Of a stretch of DNA of 64,000 bases, positions 24,201 to 34,516 are shown one piece after another (position 1 is the first letter of the stretch; each line of letters opens with the position of its first letter). A program made the position numbers and the translations under genes. The DNA is taken from the IMG/VR virus record IMGVR_UViG_3300022752_000014; one strand, 5' to 3'. The notes under the pieces are model-generated. The model was not told the DNA's origin, ran no database searches, and saw nothing but the letters and a program-made list of their open reading frames with translations. Source of the stretch: a virus (Duplodnaviria; Caudoviricetes).

Positions 24201-27158
24201 AGTCCATTTACAAATGAAAAGTTCTCACAACCAGTTAAAGAACTTTATCCACAAATCAATCGTGATAATCCAGCATCAGATCCTAATGAATCAACTTGTG
24301 CTGCATCATCTGCACTGATTGGACAGGTTGATGTTAATGATGTTCGTAATAGCATTACTAAAGAAACAGTTTCTAAACTACTTAAAGATGCTGATGTAGG
24401 TGTAGGTATTACTGATATTGTTTCAAATGCAAGTGGCATTGCTCATACAATTCACACTAATATTGATCACGGACTGAATAGAATTACCAAATTAACTCTT
24501 ACGAGTGGTGGTGCTGGTTATGGTTCTGGAACTGCTGGTGACCTTTACAATGCAAGACTTGTAGGATTTGCTGGTTCAGTTACAGGTGAACACGCAACAG
24601 CAAAAATCACAGTTAATGGTTCAGGAACCATTACTGATGTTAAGATTATGGACGGTGGTTCTGCTTATGGTATTGGTAATACTCTTGCAGTTGTTGGTGT
24701 TGGCACTACAACTGGTTACTCTCAAGCAGTAGTCACTGTATCTGGTGTCTATAATAACGTTGGAGATACTGTAAGAATTGCTGGTGTCTCATCAGAGGCA
24801 AATGCTTCATACAATAATGTCTACAGAATCACAGAAGTTCAAGTTGGTGCAGCAAAGAGTTTTGCCGTTACGTCAACAACTGCTATTGGAAATGGAAATA
24901 TCACAGGCATCGGTGCGACAGTTACTGCAAATGCTTATGTTTATCTGACCGGTGAAGCAATTCGTATTAGTGCTCTAACATATGATAATACAACAGGTAT
25001 TGCAGTTGTCACAACTTCAAATAATCACGGATTAAAGGTAGACAGTAAAATTCGTGTTGTGGGTGCAAATCAAAGTCTCTACACTGGTGACTTTGTTGTT
25101 ACAGAAAACGTAAGTCTTACCTCATTCAAAATGAATGTTGGTATTTCTACAAACGCTCCATCAGCAACTGGAACACTCTTTGCATATCGTGAAGGCATTA
25201 CGTCCAATGATGGTGTCATTACTGTTGATAATGAAAATCTGAATGGTAGAATGAATACCATTTACGCTGGTATTACTACAACACTATCCAGCCCAGTTAT
25301 TAATGCAACAACTGATCAAATCAATATCACATCAGTTTCTAATCTAGATGTGAATATTGGTGATTACTTGATGATTGATGATGAGATTATGAGAATTAAG
25401 ACTACTACATCAACAAGTAGTATCACAGGGGTTACAAATCCAATCACCGTATTCCGTGGTGTTCTTGGATCTAAGGCAACAACACATATTTCAGGAACAG
25501 TTGTAAGAAAAATTGACATCAAAGCAGTTGAATTAAGAAGACACTCAATTATTCGTGCATCTGGTCATACCTTTGAATATGTTGGATTTGGTCCTGGAAA
25601 TTACTCCACTGCATTCCCAGATAAGCAAGATCGCCAAATTTCTGCTCAAGAGGAACTTCTTGCACAATCAACCAGAAGGAATGGAGGTATTAACTTCTAC
25701 ACTGGTATGAATGACAAGGGTATTTCATACTCTGGCAACAAGAAAATGAGTTCCATTACTGGATTGGAGGAAATCTTTGACACCCCAATTCAGACTATTA
25801 CTGGTGAAGATATTGGACCACAACAAGGATTGAACGTTATTAATCCAATTGAAGGATCCTTTGGACGTTTAATTCGTGTTGAAGGTGGTAGTGATGGTAA
25901 GGCAACATCAGAGTTTAACGGACCAGTCATCTTTAGCAACAAACTGACTTCAACTTCTACAAAAGGTATTGAAGCATTTTCCTTGTTCTTACAAGGTGAC
26001 TCAACAGTTTCTAGAAAGTATACTGTTGGTATTGCAACACCAGCACTTGCAGGAAACCCAGGAGATATTGTATACCTAGATAACCCAACTGCGGGTGGTT
26101 ATGTTGGTTGGATTTATACCACTAACAATGACTGGTATCGTTTTGGTCCAATCAGCCTTTCCAAGACACTTAATATTGGTCTCTTTGATCAAGTTGGAAT
26201 TGCAACCACTTCACCAGGAACTGCAAAACTTCTGGTTGGATCTGGAACTACTCAATTCTCTATTGATGGTAATGGTGGAGTTGGTATAGGAACCACTGCA
26301 AATCAATTTAAACTGCACGTTAATGGAAATACTAATATCATTGGAACTTGTTATGCAACTTCTTTCTCTGGTGATGGCAGTGCTCTTACAAATGTAAATG
26401 TTGCTGCAGCTGGTTGGACTAACATTACTGGCGGAATCTATAACACCTCACTGAATAATGTTGGTGTTGGCACATCAGCTCCTAGATTTAGTCTTGAAGT
26501 TGGAGCAGTTGGAATTGCGTCAACAACTCTATATGTCAACGGTGAAGCAAAGTTTGTTGGAATCATCACTGCAAATAATGTATTTGTAAGTGGTATACTC
26601 ACAGCAACGGGTGCTTATAATTTAAATAGTTCTTCAGGTAGAATTACTGCTGGTGTTGTAACTGCTACTTCGCTTTATGTTGGAGCAAGTTCAACAGCAA
26701 TCGTTTCTACTGGTGGTTTGGTTGGCATTGGTACAACAGTCCCAAGAGCAAAACTTGATATTGAAGGTCATACAAGACTGAAGACTTATAGTGAAAACGT
26801 AGATTTAATCACCGTATCTTCGGGTATTGCAACTGTAGACTTGTCCAGAGCACAATCATTCATTTGTACTGCAACTGGTAATATCAATGAATTCATTGTT
26901 CTCAATGCTCCTGCAGGTTCAACACAATTCACCTTAAGAATCGATCAAGATTCTACAGGTAATCGTTCTGTTGGTATTGATACATTCAAAACTTCAGGTG
27001 GAGTCAGCATTCCAGTTTACTGGCCAGCAGGAGGAGTCATACCTGGTGTTACAACAACTGCAAGTAGAACTGATATTTACTCCTTCAAGACATTTGATGG
27101 AACGAATATTACAAGTTCAGGATTGTACGGAGTCGTAGTCGGTCAAAACTTCAACTAA
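21294..27158 (+). CDS. Large virion structural/tail fibre protein (1954 aa)
   Basis: N-terminal YVDP...GNSLTRPFKTIQRAL (pectin-lyase-like beta-helix start), repeated beta domains, VGIGT fibre motifs and a C-terminal ...RTDIYSF...VVGQNF domain. Confidence 0.75.
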   Translation: MGLSRLDNFLKSVRGTIIYVDPNSLDSTDSIENQGNSLTRPFKTIQRALIEASRFSYQRGLNNDRFGKTTILLYPGDHLVDNRPGWIPDGVDNFKLRNGSTSNDFTAFDLTSNFDLTTPNNALYKLNSIHGGVIVPRGTSIVGLDLRKTKIRPKYVPDPTNDNIARSTIFRVTGGCYFWQFSMFDADPNGQCYIDYTSNLFVPNFSHHKLTCFEYADGTNDVTINDSFIGSYSTDRTDLEMYYEKVGLAYGQSSGRAIEPDYPSSGLDIQPKIDEYRIVGPTGGSVGITSIRSGDGVTATTTITVTTASAVSGLDVDTAFRIRNVSESTYNGQFVVTERVNDTNFKYQVQNAPSLALPSVTSASLTLSSDTVTSASPYIFNISLRSVYGMCGVLADGDKASGFKSMVIAQFTGIGLQKDDKAFVLYNSTTGEYDDNTKAGNETISTNSRAVFKPSYRNFHIKTINEAFIQNVSIFAIGYAEHFATESGGDQSVTNSNSNFGSKALVASGFRKSAFPQDDQGYITHIIPPKELPLTETAIEFNAIDVNKTVGVASTGHLYLYNQTNSDTSPENVLEGYRIGARENDALKVLVSSGGSVTEYSARIVMPGSQSSSEKKFTVARIGTANSISNSNTLNLTSNHTFFSGESIRIISENGQLPDGLNPNAVYYAITSTVDGGLSANQLKIAKTEGDSTVATNAITINDKGGILSVVSRVSDKNAGDIGHPVQYDSTNSQWYIKVATASTENNIYSTVVGLGSTALGAATPRTYFKRRPDNRNSTDTLYRVRYVIPKSTGSVVARPPVDAFIIQESNTSIGATDAEIQTYFGSGSLSNVNQQRNFRFVANAEWSANTAKITTELPHNLSVGSQVELVNIKSTNNLTGATNSGFNRTYAVVGVSSAKQFSVGLSTDPGTFTNDTSARTTALPYFKRKEYKDTYYVYRNQEAQKYIAGQQDGIYYLTILNASNSPTISPFTNEKFSQPVKELYPQINRDNPASDPNESTCAASSALIGQVDVNDVRNSITKETVSKLLKDADVGVGITDIVSNASGIAHTIHTNIDHGLNRITKLTLTSGGAGYGSGTAGDLYNARLVGFAGSVTGEHATAKITVNGSGTITDVKIMDGGSAYGIGNTLAVVGVGTTTGYSQAVVTVSGVYNNVGDTVRIAGVSSEANASYNNVYRITEVQVGAAKSFAVTSTTAIGNGNITGIGATVTANAYVYLTGEAIRISALTYDNTTGIAVVTTSNNHGLKVDSKIRVVGANQSLYTGDFVVTENVSLTSFKMNVGISTNAPSATGTLFAYREGITSNDGVITVDNENLNGRMNTIYAGITTTLSSPVINATTDQINITSVSNLDVNIGDYLMIDDEIMRIKTTTSTSSITGVTNPITVFRGVLGSKATTHISGTVVRKIDIKAVELRRHSIIRASGHTFEYVGFGPGNYSTAFPDKQDRQISAQEELLAQSTRRNGGINFYTGMNDKGISYSGNKKMSSITGLEEIFDTPIQTITGEDIGPQQGLNVINPIEGSFGRLIRVEGGSDGKATSEFNGPVIFSNKLTSTSTKGIEAFSLFLQGDSTVSRKYTVGIATPALAGNPGDIVYLDNPTAGGYVGWIYTTNNDWYRFGPISLSKTLNIGLFDQVGIATTSPGTAKLLVGSGTTQFSIDGNGGVGIGTTANQFKLHVNGNTNIIGTCYATSFSGDGSALTNVNVAAAGWTNITGGIYNTSLNNVGVGTSAPRFSLEVGAVGIASTTLYVNGEAKFVGIITANNVFVSGILTATGAYNLNSSSGRITAGVVTATSLYVGASSTAIVSTGGLVGIGTTVPRAKLDIEGHTRLKTYSENVDLITVSSGIATVDLSRAQSFICTATGNINEFIVLNAPAGSTQFTLRIDQDSTGNRSVGIDTFKTSGGVSIPVYWPAGGVIPGVTTTASRTDIYSFKTFDGTNITSSGLYGVVVGQNFN

Positions 27159-27169
27159 GGTAGAGCACT

Positions 27170-29797
27170 ATGCAAAATAGTAAGCAAACCACTCTGGACC
27201 TCAACGGTCCCATTCTATCTTTCACAACACAACCAGTAGGAGTTGCTTCTACTGGTGTCGTTTCTGGGACTGGGAGTGGGATTGCTACTTTTACGGGCAT
27301 TGCAACAGCATCATTTATCACTATTGGTTCAGTACCAAACTCAGCAACAAATACTGGATTTATTACTTATCGTTGGTATGAAGTTGGTGTGGGTGCATTA
27401 AGTGACAGCACTTATGTAACAGGAACGGGAACAACAACTCTTACATTATCAAAACTTATTACTCCAACTGATAATCAAAGACAATTTTATCTAACTGCAG
27501 ATTATGTTCCTTCTGCATATGGATTACCTGGTGTTGCTGTTACGGTAGGAAGTGCAAGATCAACTGGTAATGCAATTTTAGAACCTGTAAACTCCAATAT
27601 CGCAACATTAACTGTCAAACCTTTAATTGAAGTTGTTGCTCAACCAACAAGTGGCACTGCTTCTACAAATGCAACTGCAACATTTAGATTAAATGCAGGA
27701 CTGACTGATGATTTCTTTACCGACGATTTAACCTATCAGTGGTATTATGATGGGTCTCCAATCACTGATGGAACAGTTACAGATGCTCTTACCTCAACGA
27801 CAACAACAACTGTAACTACATATGAAACACAAAATCAGACATTATATAGAACAGTAACTACGACAAGAGATAGATCAGATACTGTTACATTCACTTCTCC
27901 TGGATCAATCACATTACCCCCGTCATCATACAACGTAAAAGTTAGAGTTGCCGGGGCAAGAGGAGGAAATGGAGGTGCTGATGCTTCTGCTAGTGGAGGA
28001 AGTGGAACTGGTGGTAGATTTGGTGAATTTGATTACAGTTCTGGTGGAAGAACATTAACTTTTACAGTCGGTAAAAGGGGAAATGATGGAGCAAGTAATG
28101 CAAATAGTGGTGGTGGAGGAAGTGGTGGAGATGGACTAAATCGTGGCGGTAATGGCGGTAATGCAGGACCATCTGGAGCATCTGGCGGCGGTGGAGGTGG
28201 AGGTGGATCCACTGGAGTTTATGACAGTAATTATGGATATCATACAATTATTGCTGCCGGCGGTGGAGGAGGTGGTGGGGGTTCTTATGAAATTGCAGGA
28301 GCTCCTGCTAATCCATCTGCAGGCGGATTTACACCAGATGGTAGAAATAGAGCAGATGGAAATGCAGGAGAGAATTCAAATGGTGATGGCGGAGGCGGTG
28401 GCGGTGGTGGTGCCGGAACTGATAATTCACCAAGTCCAGACGGAGTAACAAAACCCAAGCAACTTGGCGGCAGTCGTGGTTTAGATATTGATAAGGGTAA
28501 TCAACAAGCATTAGGTGGAGGTAATGGTAGACAAATAGATGAGGGAACTGGTTATGGAAAAACTGGAGCAGTAACATTTGGTGGTTTTGATCGTGGAGCT
28601 GCATCATTTGGATTCAATGGAAGTCAAAACGACGGTGATGGGTATGGACAAGTTTCTTATAACTGGACTGAAACAACAACAACTCAAGAACCATATACGC
28701 AACAAGTTCAAGTTGCAGTTCCAACCACAGTTACAACTACCACATCATCTCCAAGAAATATTACATTTTCTGGATCAAGAACCCCAACTCTTTCTATCGT
28801 ATCTGATAATGTAGTTGGACTTGCTACAATTTTTTGTAGAGTAACTTCTGCAACTGCTGTAAATTCTCCAATTTTAAGTGATATTGTAGAGTATAAAGTT
28901 ATTTCATCAGCAGAAAATTATTTTGTAAATTTAGAGCAAATAGGAACTACAAGCACAGCATCATTAACAACATTTAATTTACAAAATGGAGAATATACGA
29001 TTAATCAACCAGCAGTGGTTGCAAACATTAATCAGATTGTTCTTTATGCACCTGATAGAGATATTAATGTAGAGATGGATCTCTACGGCGGTAAAGGATC
29101 TAACTTTGGTTCGTATGCTGGCGGGGAAGGTGGATTTTCAAGAATTCGTTTTACAATGACAAGAAATACTGAATATGTTATTGCAGGTCTCACAGCATCA
29201 GTTAATACGCCATTCATCTATAGAAAGGGTCAGTTAATTGCCTGTGTTGGTGGTGGAGGAAATGCAGGTGGATCTGGTAGAGGTGGTTTTGGTGGTGGTG
29301 TTAATAATGCTGGTCAGTCTGGATTTGGAAGAGGTGGTGGAAATGGTGGTGCAGGATTTTCTGCAGGAACACTACCTTCAAATGGAATCTTCGGTTCACT
29401 CACATCTCTAACATCAATATCTCCAGATACAAAATCAGCAATTCCAAATGCTGGCAGAGTTCTTCCCTGTGCAAGAGGAGTTTATTGGAGAGATCAAGGA
29501 TTTACTGCCTGCCAAGACGTTGGAACAGTTCAATTTAGATTGAGTGATGGAACATTAGTTACAAACACTGGATCTATTACTAGAGGATACAAAGCAGGAT
29601 ATGATATTATTCAAACTGCAGGTGCAAAGATTGGTAATGGAGGAAATGGTGGTAATGGTGCAACTGGTGGAGCAGGTGGAAATGAAGGTGGCGGCGGAGG
29701 AGGAAGTGGTTACACTGATGGATCAGTAACTGTTGTATCATCAACTCTTGGCGGAAGCACAGGCGACGCAAAAGTCATTATTCGCGTTGTGAGTTAA
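27170..29797 (+). CDS. Ig-like + polyglycine putative adhesin (875 aa)
   Basis: Two Ig-like Y.WY motifs and two glycine-rich domains (AGARGGNGG..., GGKG...GGEGGF...GGGGGSGY). Confidence 0.7.
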   Translation: MQNSKQTTLDLNGPILSFTTQPVGVASTGVVSGTGSGIATFTGIATASFITIGSVPNSATNTGFITYRWYEVGVGALSDSTYVTGTGTTTLTLSKLITPTDNQRQFYLTADYVPSAYGLPGVAVTVGSARSTGNAILEPVNSNIATLTVKPLIEVVAQPTSGTASTNATATFRLNAGLTDDFFTDDLTYQWYYDGSPITDGTVTDALTSTTTTTVTTYETQNQTLYRTVTTTRDRSDTVTFTSPGSITLPPSSYNVKVRVAGARGGNGGADASASGGSGTGGRFGEFDYSSGGRTLTFTVGKRGNDGASNANSGGGGSGGDGLNRGGNGGNAGPSGASGGGGGGGGSTGVYDSNYGYHTIIAAGGGGGGGGSYEIAGAPANPSAGGFTPDGRNRADGNAGENSNGDGGGGGGGGAGTDNSPSPDGVTKPKQLGGSRGLDIDKGNQQALGGGNGRQIDEGTGYGKTGAVTFGGFDRGAASFGFNGSQNDGDGYGQVSYNWTETTTTQEPYTQQVQVAVPTTVTTTTSSPRNITFSGSRTPTLSIVSDNVVGLATIFCRVTSATAVNSPILSDIVEYKVISSAENYFVNLEQIGTTSTASLTTFNLQNGEYTINQPAVVANINQIVLYAPDRDINVEMDLYGGKGSNFGSYAGGEGGFSRIRFTMTRNTEYVIAGLTASVNTPFIYRKGQLIACVGGGGNAGGSGRGGFGGGVNNAGQSGFGRGGGNGGAGFSAGTLPSNGIFGSLTSLTSISPDTKSAIPNAGRVLPCARGVYWRDQGFTACQDVGTVQFRLSDGTLVTNTGSITRGYKAGYDIIQTAGAKIGNGGNGGNGATGGAGGNEGGGGGGSGYTDGSVTVVSSTLGGSTGDAKVIIRVVS

Positions 29798-29830
29798 TAA
29801 ATACTTAAAATTCAACGGGGATAGTGAACC

Positions 29831-31909
29831 GTGTCAGTAAACAAGAATTTCGTCGTCAAAAACGGATTTGAAGTATCTACCGATCTTATTCTTGCAAACG
29901 CAACAACAAAAAAAGTTGGTATTGGATCAACAAATCCAAGATACAAACTAGATGTTGCTGGTGGCATTGGTGCAACAGACAGTTATATCAGTGGAATTTC
30001 TACAGTTATTAATCAATTTAATGTAGGAACTGGAGGAACAATTTTCACAGTTCTAGGTGTTGGCGGATCCATTGGTATTGCGACCGCTACTCCTGCATAT
30101 TTACTTGATATTCGTTCACCAGTTTCTACGGGACAAACTGCAATTTATGTTTATGGTGATGCAAGAGTTACAGGAGATTTAGTTGTTGGTGATGATTTAA
30201 CCGTTGATGAAGTTACTACGAGAAATATTAATGTAACTGGTCTCTCTACTTTTGCTGGAATCACAACGGTTACAGGAGAAACTTTATTTTCAAAACAGTT
30301 GAGTATTTCTGGTGTCACAACACTTGGAGTCACAACTGCAACCAATATTACTGCACAAAACTTAAATGTCAGTGGTATTGGTACAATCACAACACTTAAT
30401 TCCACTACTGGTACTATTACCACTGGTACTATTACCAACTTAAGTGGCACTAACGTCAACTATATTGGCATTTCTACACTCACGAATGTAAGAAGTACAA
30501 CACTTGTTAATACTGGTGTCACTACACTAGGAACAGTACAGATTTCTTCGGGCATCATTACAGCAACTTCTGGTGTTGTAACTTATTATGGTGATGGTCA
30601 ATATCTGGATAATGTCATTCGTGGTGTTGGTATTGGTACTTCCGCCGGAATTGTTGGATACGGAGCAACAATACTAAACTTCCAAGGACCTGGAATCTCT
30701 ACTATTACAGTATCGTCAGGCATTGCAACAATCAATATTACTGGTGGTGGTGGGGGAGGAAGTGGTAGTGCATCAATTGGTATTGGAACTACACCAGGTT
30801 CTGCTGGATTTACCGCTGGTATTGTAACAGCAGGTAACCTTTGGTATAATTCAAATCTTGGTAGAATGTTTATCTACTATCAAGATACTGACAGTGCTCA
30901 GTGGGTTGATGCATCACCATCTAATGTTGGTATCATCACCTCATTAGTTAATGTTTCATTTGCTCCTGGATCTGCATCTTCACCATCAATGTATTTTGTT
31001 GGTGATTCTCAAACTGGGTTCTTCTCTCCAAGTGCAGGACGATTTACTGTTGTATCTTCTGGATCTTCTATCTTAAACATTAATCCAAGTGGTATTAATG
31101 TAACTGGCATAGCAACAGCATCAAGTTTTGTTGGAAACTTAACTGGAACTGCTACTTATGCCACTAGTGCAGGAATAGCGACTTATGCCACTAGTGCTGG
31201 AATTGCAACTTATGCTACAACCTCTGGAGTATCTACAAGTGTTATAGGCGGTATTTCTTCAGTTACACAATTGAGTGTGTCTGGTATATCTACTGTAGGA
31301 TTTATAACAGCGACTAACTCTTACACCTCCGGTATTTCATCAGTAGGAACCGCAATTACAATGTATGGTTCCACTGGAATTGTAAGTGCGACCAAATATT
31401 ATGGAGACGGTTCTTCCTTATCAGGAATGAGTACATCAAGAATTATTAATGGAACATCAAATATAACTGTTGCAAGTGGTTCAACAATCTCTGCAACTGT
31501 ATCTGGACAAAACATTTTTAATGTAACTGGTATAGGTGTTTCAATGGTTGCTGGTGAAAGACTTGATGTATCTTCTTATTCAGAAAATGTAAATTTCTTG
31601 GGTTCTGTAAGTGGTACTACTGCATTAGATGTTGGAACATATTCTGTTTTTGTTGCAGATATTTCTGGATCAACGTCCGTCACTTTTACATTAAGTGGTG
31701 CAGTTTCTGGAAGATTATCTTCTGCAACTTTAATTTTGAGATTTTCTGGAAGTGCATCCAGAAGCGTAAGTTTGGCATTTAATCCAAAATATGTTGGTGG
31801 TTCTGGACCTACATATTCAACAACGGCAGTTACAGATATTATTTCATTCTTTACTGCGGATGCAGGAACAACTACATATGTATCGGTCGTAGGACAGGGG
31901 TTTGCATAA
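29831..31909 (+). CDS. Tail fibre protein (692 aa, GTG start)
   Basis: KNFVVKNGFEV N-terminus, VGIGST motifs, GNLWYNS..GRMFIYY.D.DS.QWVDASP module and a C-terminal TDIISF...VVGQGF domain. Confidence 0.75.
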   Translation: MSVNKNFVVKNGFEVSTDLILANATTKKVGIGSTNPRYKLDVAGGIGATDSYISGISTVINQFNVGTGGTIFTVLGVGGSIGIATATPAYLLDIRSPVSTGQTAIYVYGDARVTGDLVVGDDLTVDEVTTRNINVTGLSTFAGITTVTGETLFSKQLSISGVTTLGVTTATNITAQNLNVSGIGTITTLNSTTGTITTGTITNLSGTNVNYIGISTLTNVRSTTLVNTGVTTLGTVQISSGIITATSGVVTYYGDGQYLDNVIRGVGIGTSAGIVGYGATILNFQGPGISTITVSSGIATINITGGGGGGSGSASIGIGTTPGSAGFTAGIVTAGNLWYNSNLGRMFIYYQDTDSAQWVDASPSNVGIITSLVNVSFAPGSASSPSMYFVGDSQTGFFSPSAGRFTVVSSGSSILNINPSGINVTGIATASSFVGNLTGTATYATSAGIATYATSAGIATYATTSGVSTSVIGGISSVTQLSVSGISTVGFITATNSYTSGISSVGTAITMYGSTGIVSATKYYGDGSSLSGMSTSRIINGTSNITVASGSTISATVSGQNIFNVTGIGVSMVAGERLDVSSYSENVNFLGSVSGTTALDVGTYSVFVADISGSTSVTFTLSGAVSGRLSSATLILRFSGSASRSVSLAFNPKYVGGSGPTYSTTAVTDIISFFTADAGTTTYVSVVGQGFA
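31153..31219 (+). repeat. 27-bp in-frame tandem repeat (ATYATSAGI)
   Basis: acttatgccactagtgcaggaatagcg / acttatgccactagtgctggaattgca / acttatgct... Confidence 0.7.
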
Positions 31910-31911
31910 TT

Positions 31912-34086
31912 ATGTTTAATAAAGCAGGAAAATTTTCTGGTGGTTTTACAAAAGTATACAAACCATCAATAACATCACCTACAGCGAATCAAATTATTGC
32001 TAGTAGAACACCGACAATTACATCAAGTTCTTTTTCCAAATATGGAAATATAACTCACACATCCACTGACTGGCAAATATCTGATGCTTCTGATTTTAAT
32101 ACAATTCGCTGGTCATCCTCAGATGACACATCAAATAAAACATCAATAACCACTAGCGATTTGGCAGGCGGCGATCGATATGTAAGAGTTAGATATAAAG
32201 CAAGTAGTGGTGTTTATTCTGACTGGTCTGATGCTGTTTTATTTACTTCTCCTTGGGCTACTGGTTCAAATGCAACTTTGACCAGTCCCACAAATATGGA
32301 CGTTAATGCATCTACTACTGTTACTCTTCAATCTGGAACTTATAGAATATCTCTTTGGGGAGCGGGTGGGGGTGGCGCCAACGGTGGCGGACGTGGTGGG
32401 GGATCTGGCGGAGGATCAGGAAGTGTATATAAAGATGTTTTATATAGCACGCAAACTAATGTTGCCTTTAGTATTGGGTCTGGTGGGGGAGGTTCAACTT
32501 ATGGAAGTGGCGCCGGCGGCAGTGGTGGATCTCCTGGTGGAGGATCTGGATTAAATCCTGGATCTGCTTTTTGGAATGGTGCCGGTGGAGGAGGATACAG
32601 TAATTCTAGCACTCTTAGTATGACTGCTGCTGGCGGCGGCGGTGCTGGTGGAGATAATGGTTCAACCGGCGCTGGTGGTGCAGGGGGAAGTGGAAGCGGG
32701 GGAGCAGGATATGAATTAATCAATATTTCTTCCAGTGCTAGTAAAAGTGGCGGATTCACTATTCCAGGTAATAATTTCTCTCAAGATACTGGATGTTCTG
32801 TTAGTGGGACATACAATTGTTCCTTCAGTTTTAGTAATATGCAGGGGAAACAGATTACCGTTACATTGACGGCATCTGGATCCAGTGGATCGCAATCACA
32901 AACATTTTCTTGTTGTAGTGGTAGTGGTTCATTAAGTCTTAGTTTTAATGGCGATTATAGAAATATTTCAGTTGATTATGCTTGGTGCGGCAGTGGCGCT
33001 TCAGGAATATCACATAATTTAAGTATAAGTTGGAGTGGTGTAGGACAAGGTAGTTCTGCAACTGCTGGTAGTTCCGGCGGAGGTGGTGGAGGTGGTGGTT
33101 GTGTTAGTAATGGAGCAGGGTCAATAGGAGGTAGTGGTGGTTCTAATAGTGGTTCATATACTTCTTCTTTTAGTGGTAGTGGATCTGATGCGGGAAATAG
33201 ATATTATTCTTCAACATATTCTCGTTATTTTGGAGATGGTGGTGCAGCTGGTTCGTCAGGACAAAATGGTGGAGCAAGAATTCAAAAAATTTCCACACAA
33301 CTTACACCAGTAGTTTCTATTACAAGCAATCTTGCATCAACATCAAGTTCAACTGCTGGTAGTTCTTCTAATTTTAGTATTACTGCAACTGATACTGCAA
33401 ATAATGACAGTACAGTTTCGTATCAATGGTATTTGAGCACTGACGGTGGAAGTTCCTATTCAACTATTTCTGGTGCAACAAGTAATACTTTAACAAGATA
33501 TAGTCCATTTTATTATAGCGATAATGGACATAAAATTAAATGTAGAGCAACAGTTACAAATACTGCTGGCACAAATTATGTAGATTCTAATGTTTGCACG
33601 TTAACAGTTGCTAGAAATTATGATTGCAATAGTTCAACGGTGACTGGAACTCAAAGTTTTGGGAGTGGATTAAGACCATCTACAAATGGAAGTGGAGACG
33701 AGCAATGGTCGGAATGGTCTCCGGGTCATAGTGATATATGTTCTATTGATGGAAACTTAAGTAGTTTTAATGCTAAAGGAAGATTTTGTAATTGGAATAT
33801 GGAACTTGAATTGCGAATTACAAAATCTACTGACGGGACTAGAAAACATTGGGGGTCTCAATCAAAATCTGGTTCTGCAGGTAGTGATCAAACTTTTGAT
33901 AATGTAAAAGCAAATGGAGGAGGGTGGGATCCTGAAAATGATGGAACGCCAACTTATAGACTTATGGTAATTGATTCTGGAACACAATGTCAAAGTGGTA
34001 GTCAAGATATTGGTTGTGAATCAGGTTCTATAACCTTAAATTATTCTTACAAAAGAAGAACATACTATTACGAAACCCGCCCATAA
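31912..34086 (+). CDS. FN3 + polyglycine + Ig-like putative adhesin (724 aa)
   Basis: TPTITSS...STDWQIS...YVRVRY...YSDWS (FN3); LWGAGGGG polyglycine domain; YQWYLSTDGG...ISGATSNTLT (Ig). Confidence 0.7.
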   Translation: MFNKAGKFSGGFTKVYKPSITSPTANQIIASRTPTITSSSFSKYGNITHTSTDWQISDASDFNTIRWSSSDDTSNKTSITTSDLAGGDRYVRVRYKASSGVYSDWSDAVLFTSPWATGSNATLTSPTNMDVNASTTVTLQSGTYRISLWGAGGGGANGGGRGGGSGGGSGSVYKDVLYSTQTNVAFSIGSGGGGSTYGSGAGGSGGSPGGGSGLNPGSAFWNGAGGGGYSNSSTLSMTAAGGGGAGGDNGSTGAGGAGGSGSGGAGYELINISSSASKSGGFTIPGNNFSQDTGCSVSGTYNCSFSFSNMQGKQITVTLTASGSSGSQSQTFSCCSGSGSLSLSFNGDYRNISVDYAWCGSGASGISHNLSISWSGVGQGSSATAGSSGGGGGGGGCVSNGAGSIGGSGGSNSGSYTSSFSGSGSDAGNRYYSSTYSRYFGDGGAAGSSGQNGGARIQKISTQLTPVVSITSNLASTSSSTAGSSSNFSITATDTANNDSTVSYQWYLSTDGGSSYSTISGATSNTLTRYSPFYYSDNGHKIKCRATVTNTAGTNYVDSNVCTLTVARNYDCNSSTVTGTQSFGSGLRPSTNGSGDEQWSEWSPGHSDICSIDGNLSSFNAKGRFCNWNMELELRITKSTDGTRKHWGSQSKSGSAGSDQTFDNVKANGGGWDPENDGTPTYRLMVIDSGTQCQSGSQDIGCESGSITLNYSYKRRTYYYETRP

Positions 34087-34101
34087 ATATTTTAAAAAAC
34101 T

Positions 34102-34491
34102 ATGTCTATATCAATAGAAGCAAAAGAAATTTTAGCAAGAGTTAAAGATTATAGAGGTTATACTGATATGATCTTTGACTTAACTGTTCATTTAGAATGT
34201 ACAGATACTGAAACTGGTTCAAAAATAGGATATCAAATTTTTAAACAATTTGATACAGAATTTAATTATACATCAAAAAGAAATCCATTTATTTCTTTTG
34301 ATAAAATTACTGAAGAACAAATTAATTCTTTAGTCAAAAAGTTAATAGAGGAAGAGAAAGTAGGAGGACAACTAACTCTTCAAGAATGGGCAGAAAATAG
34401 ATTTGCGGACATTTATGCTCAACCAGTATATAAGCAATTCACATTTCAAATACCAGCAGAACCAGTTGGAGTTGGAACCTCACCTGTTTAA
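34102..34491 (+). CDS. Hypothetical fibre-associated protein (chaperone-like)
   Basis: FISFDKITEEQINSLV resembles FTDYSTLTKETVIRWL of the 59411 ORF; both close fibre blocks. Confidence 0.5.
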   Translation: MSISIEAKEILARVKDYRGYTDMIFDLTVHLECTDTETGSKIGYQIFKQFDTEFNYTSKRNPFISFDKITEEQINSLVKKLIEEEKVGGQLTLQEWAENRFADIYAQPVYKQFTFQIPAEPVGVGTSPV

Positions 34492-34516
34492 TAAGTTGAG
34501 TATTAGATTTTAAAAA

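Noticed and set aside
28062-28814. Short His/Gln/Leu-rich or Val-rich ORFs in other frames (also 32306-32759 and 37965-38210)
   Set aside because: They are shadows of GGT/GGA glycine codon runs in the adhesin genes.
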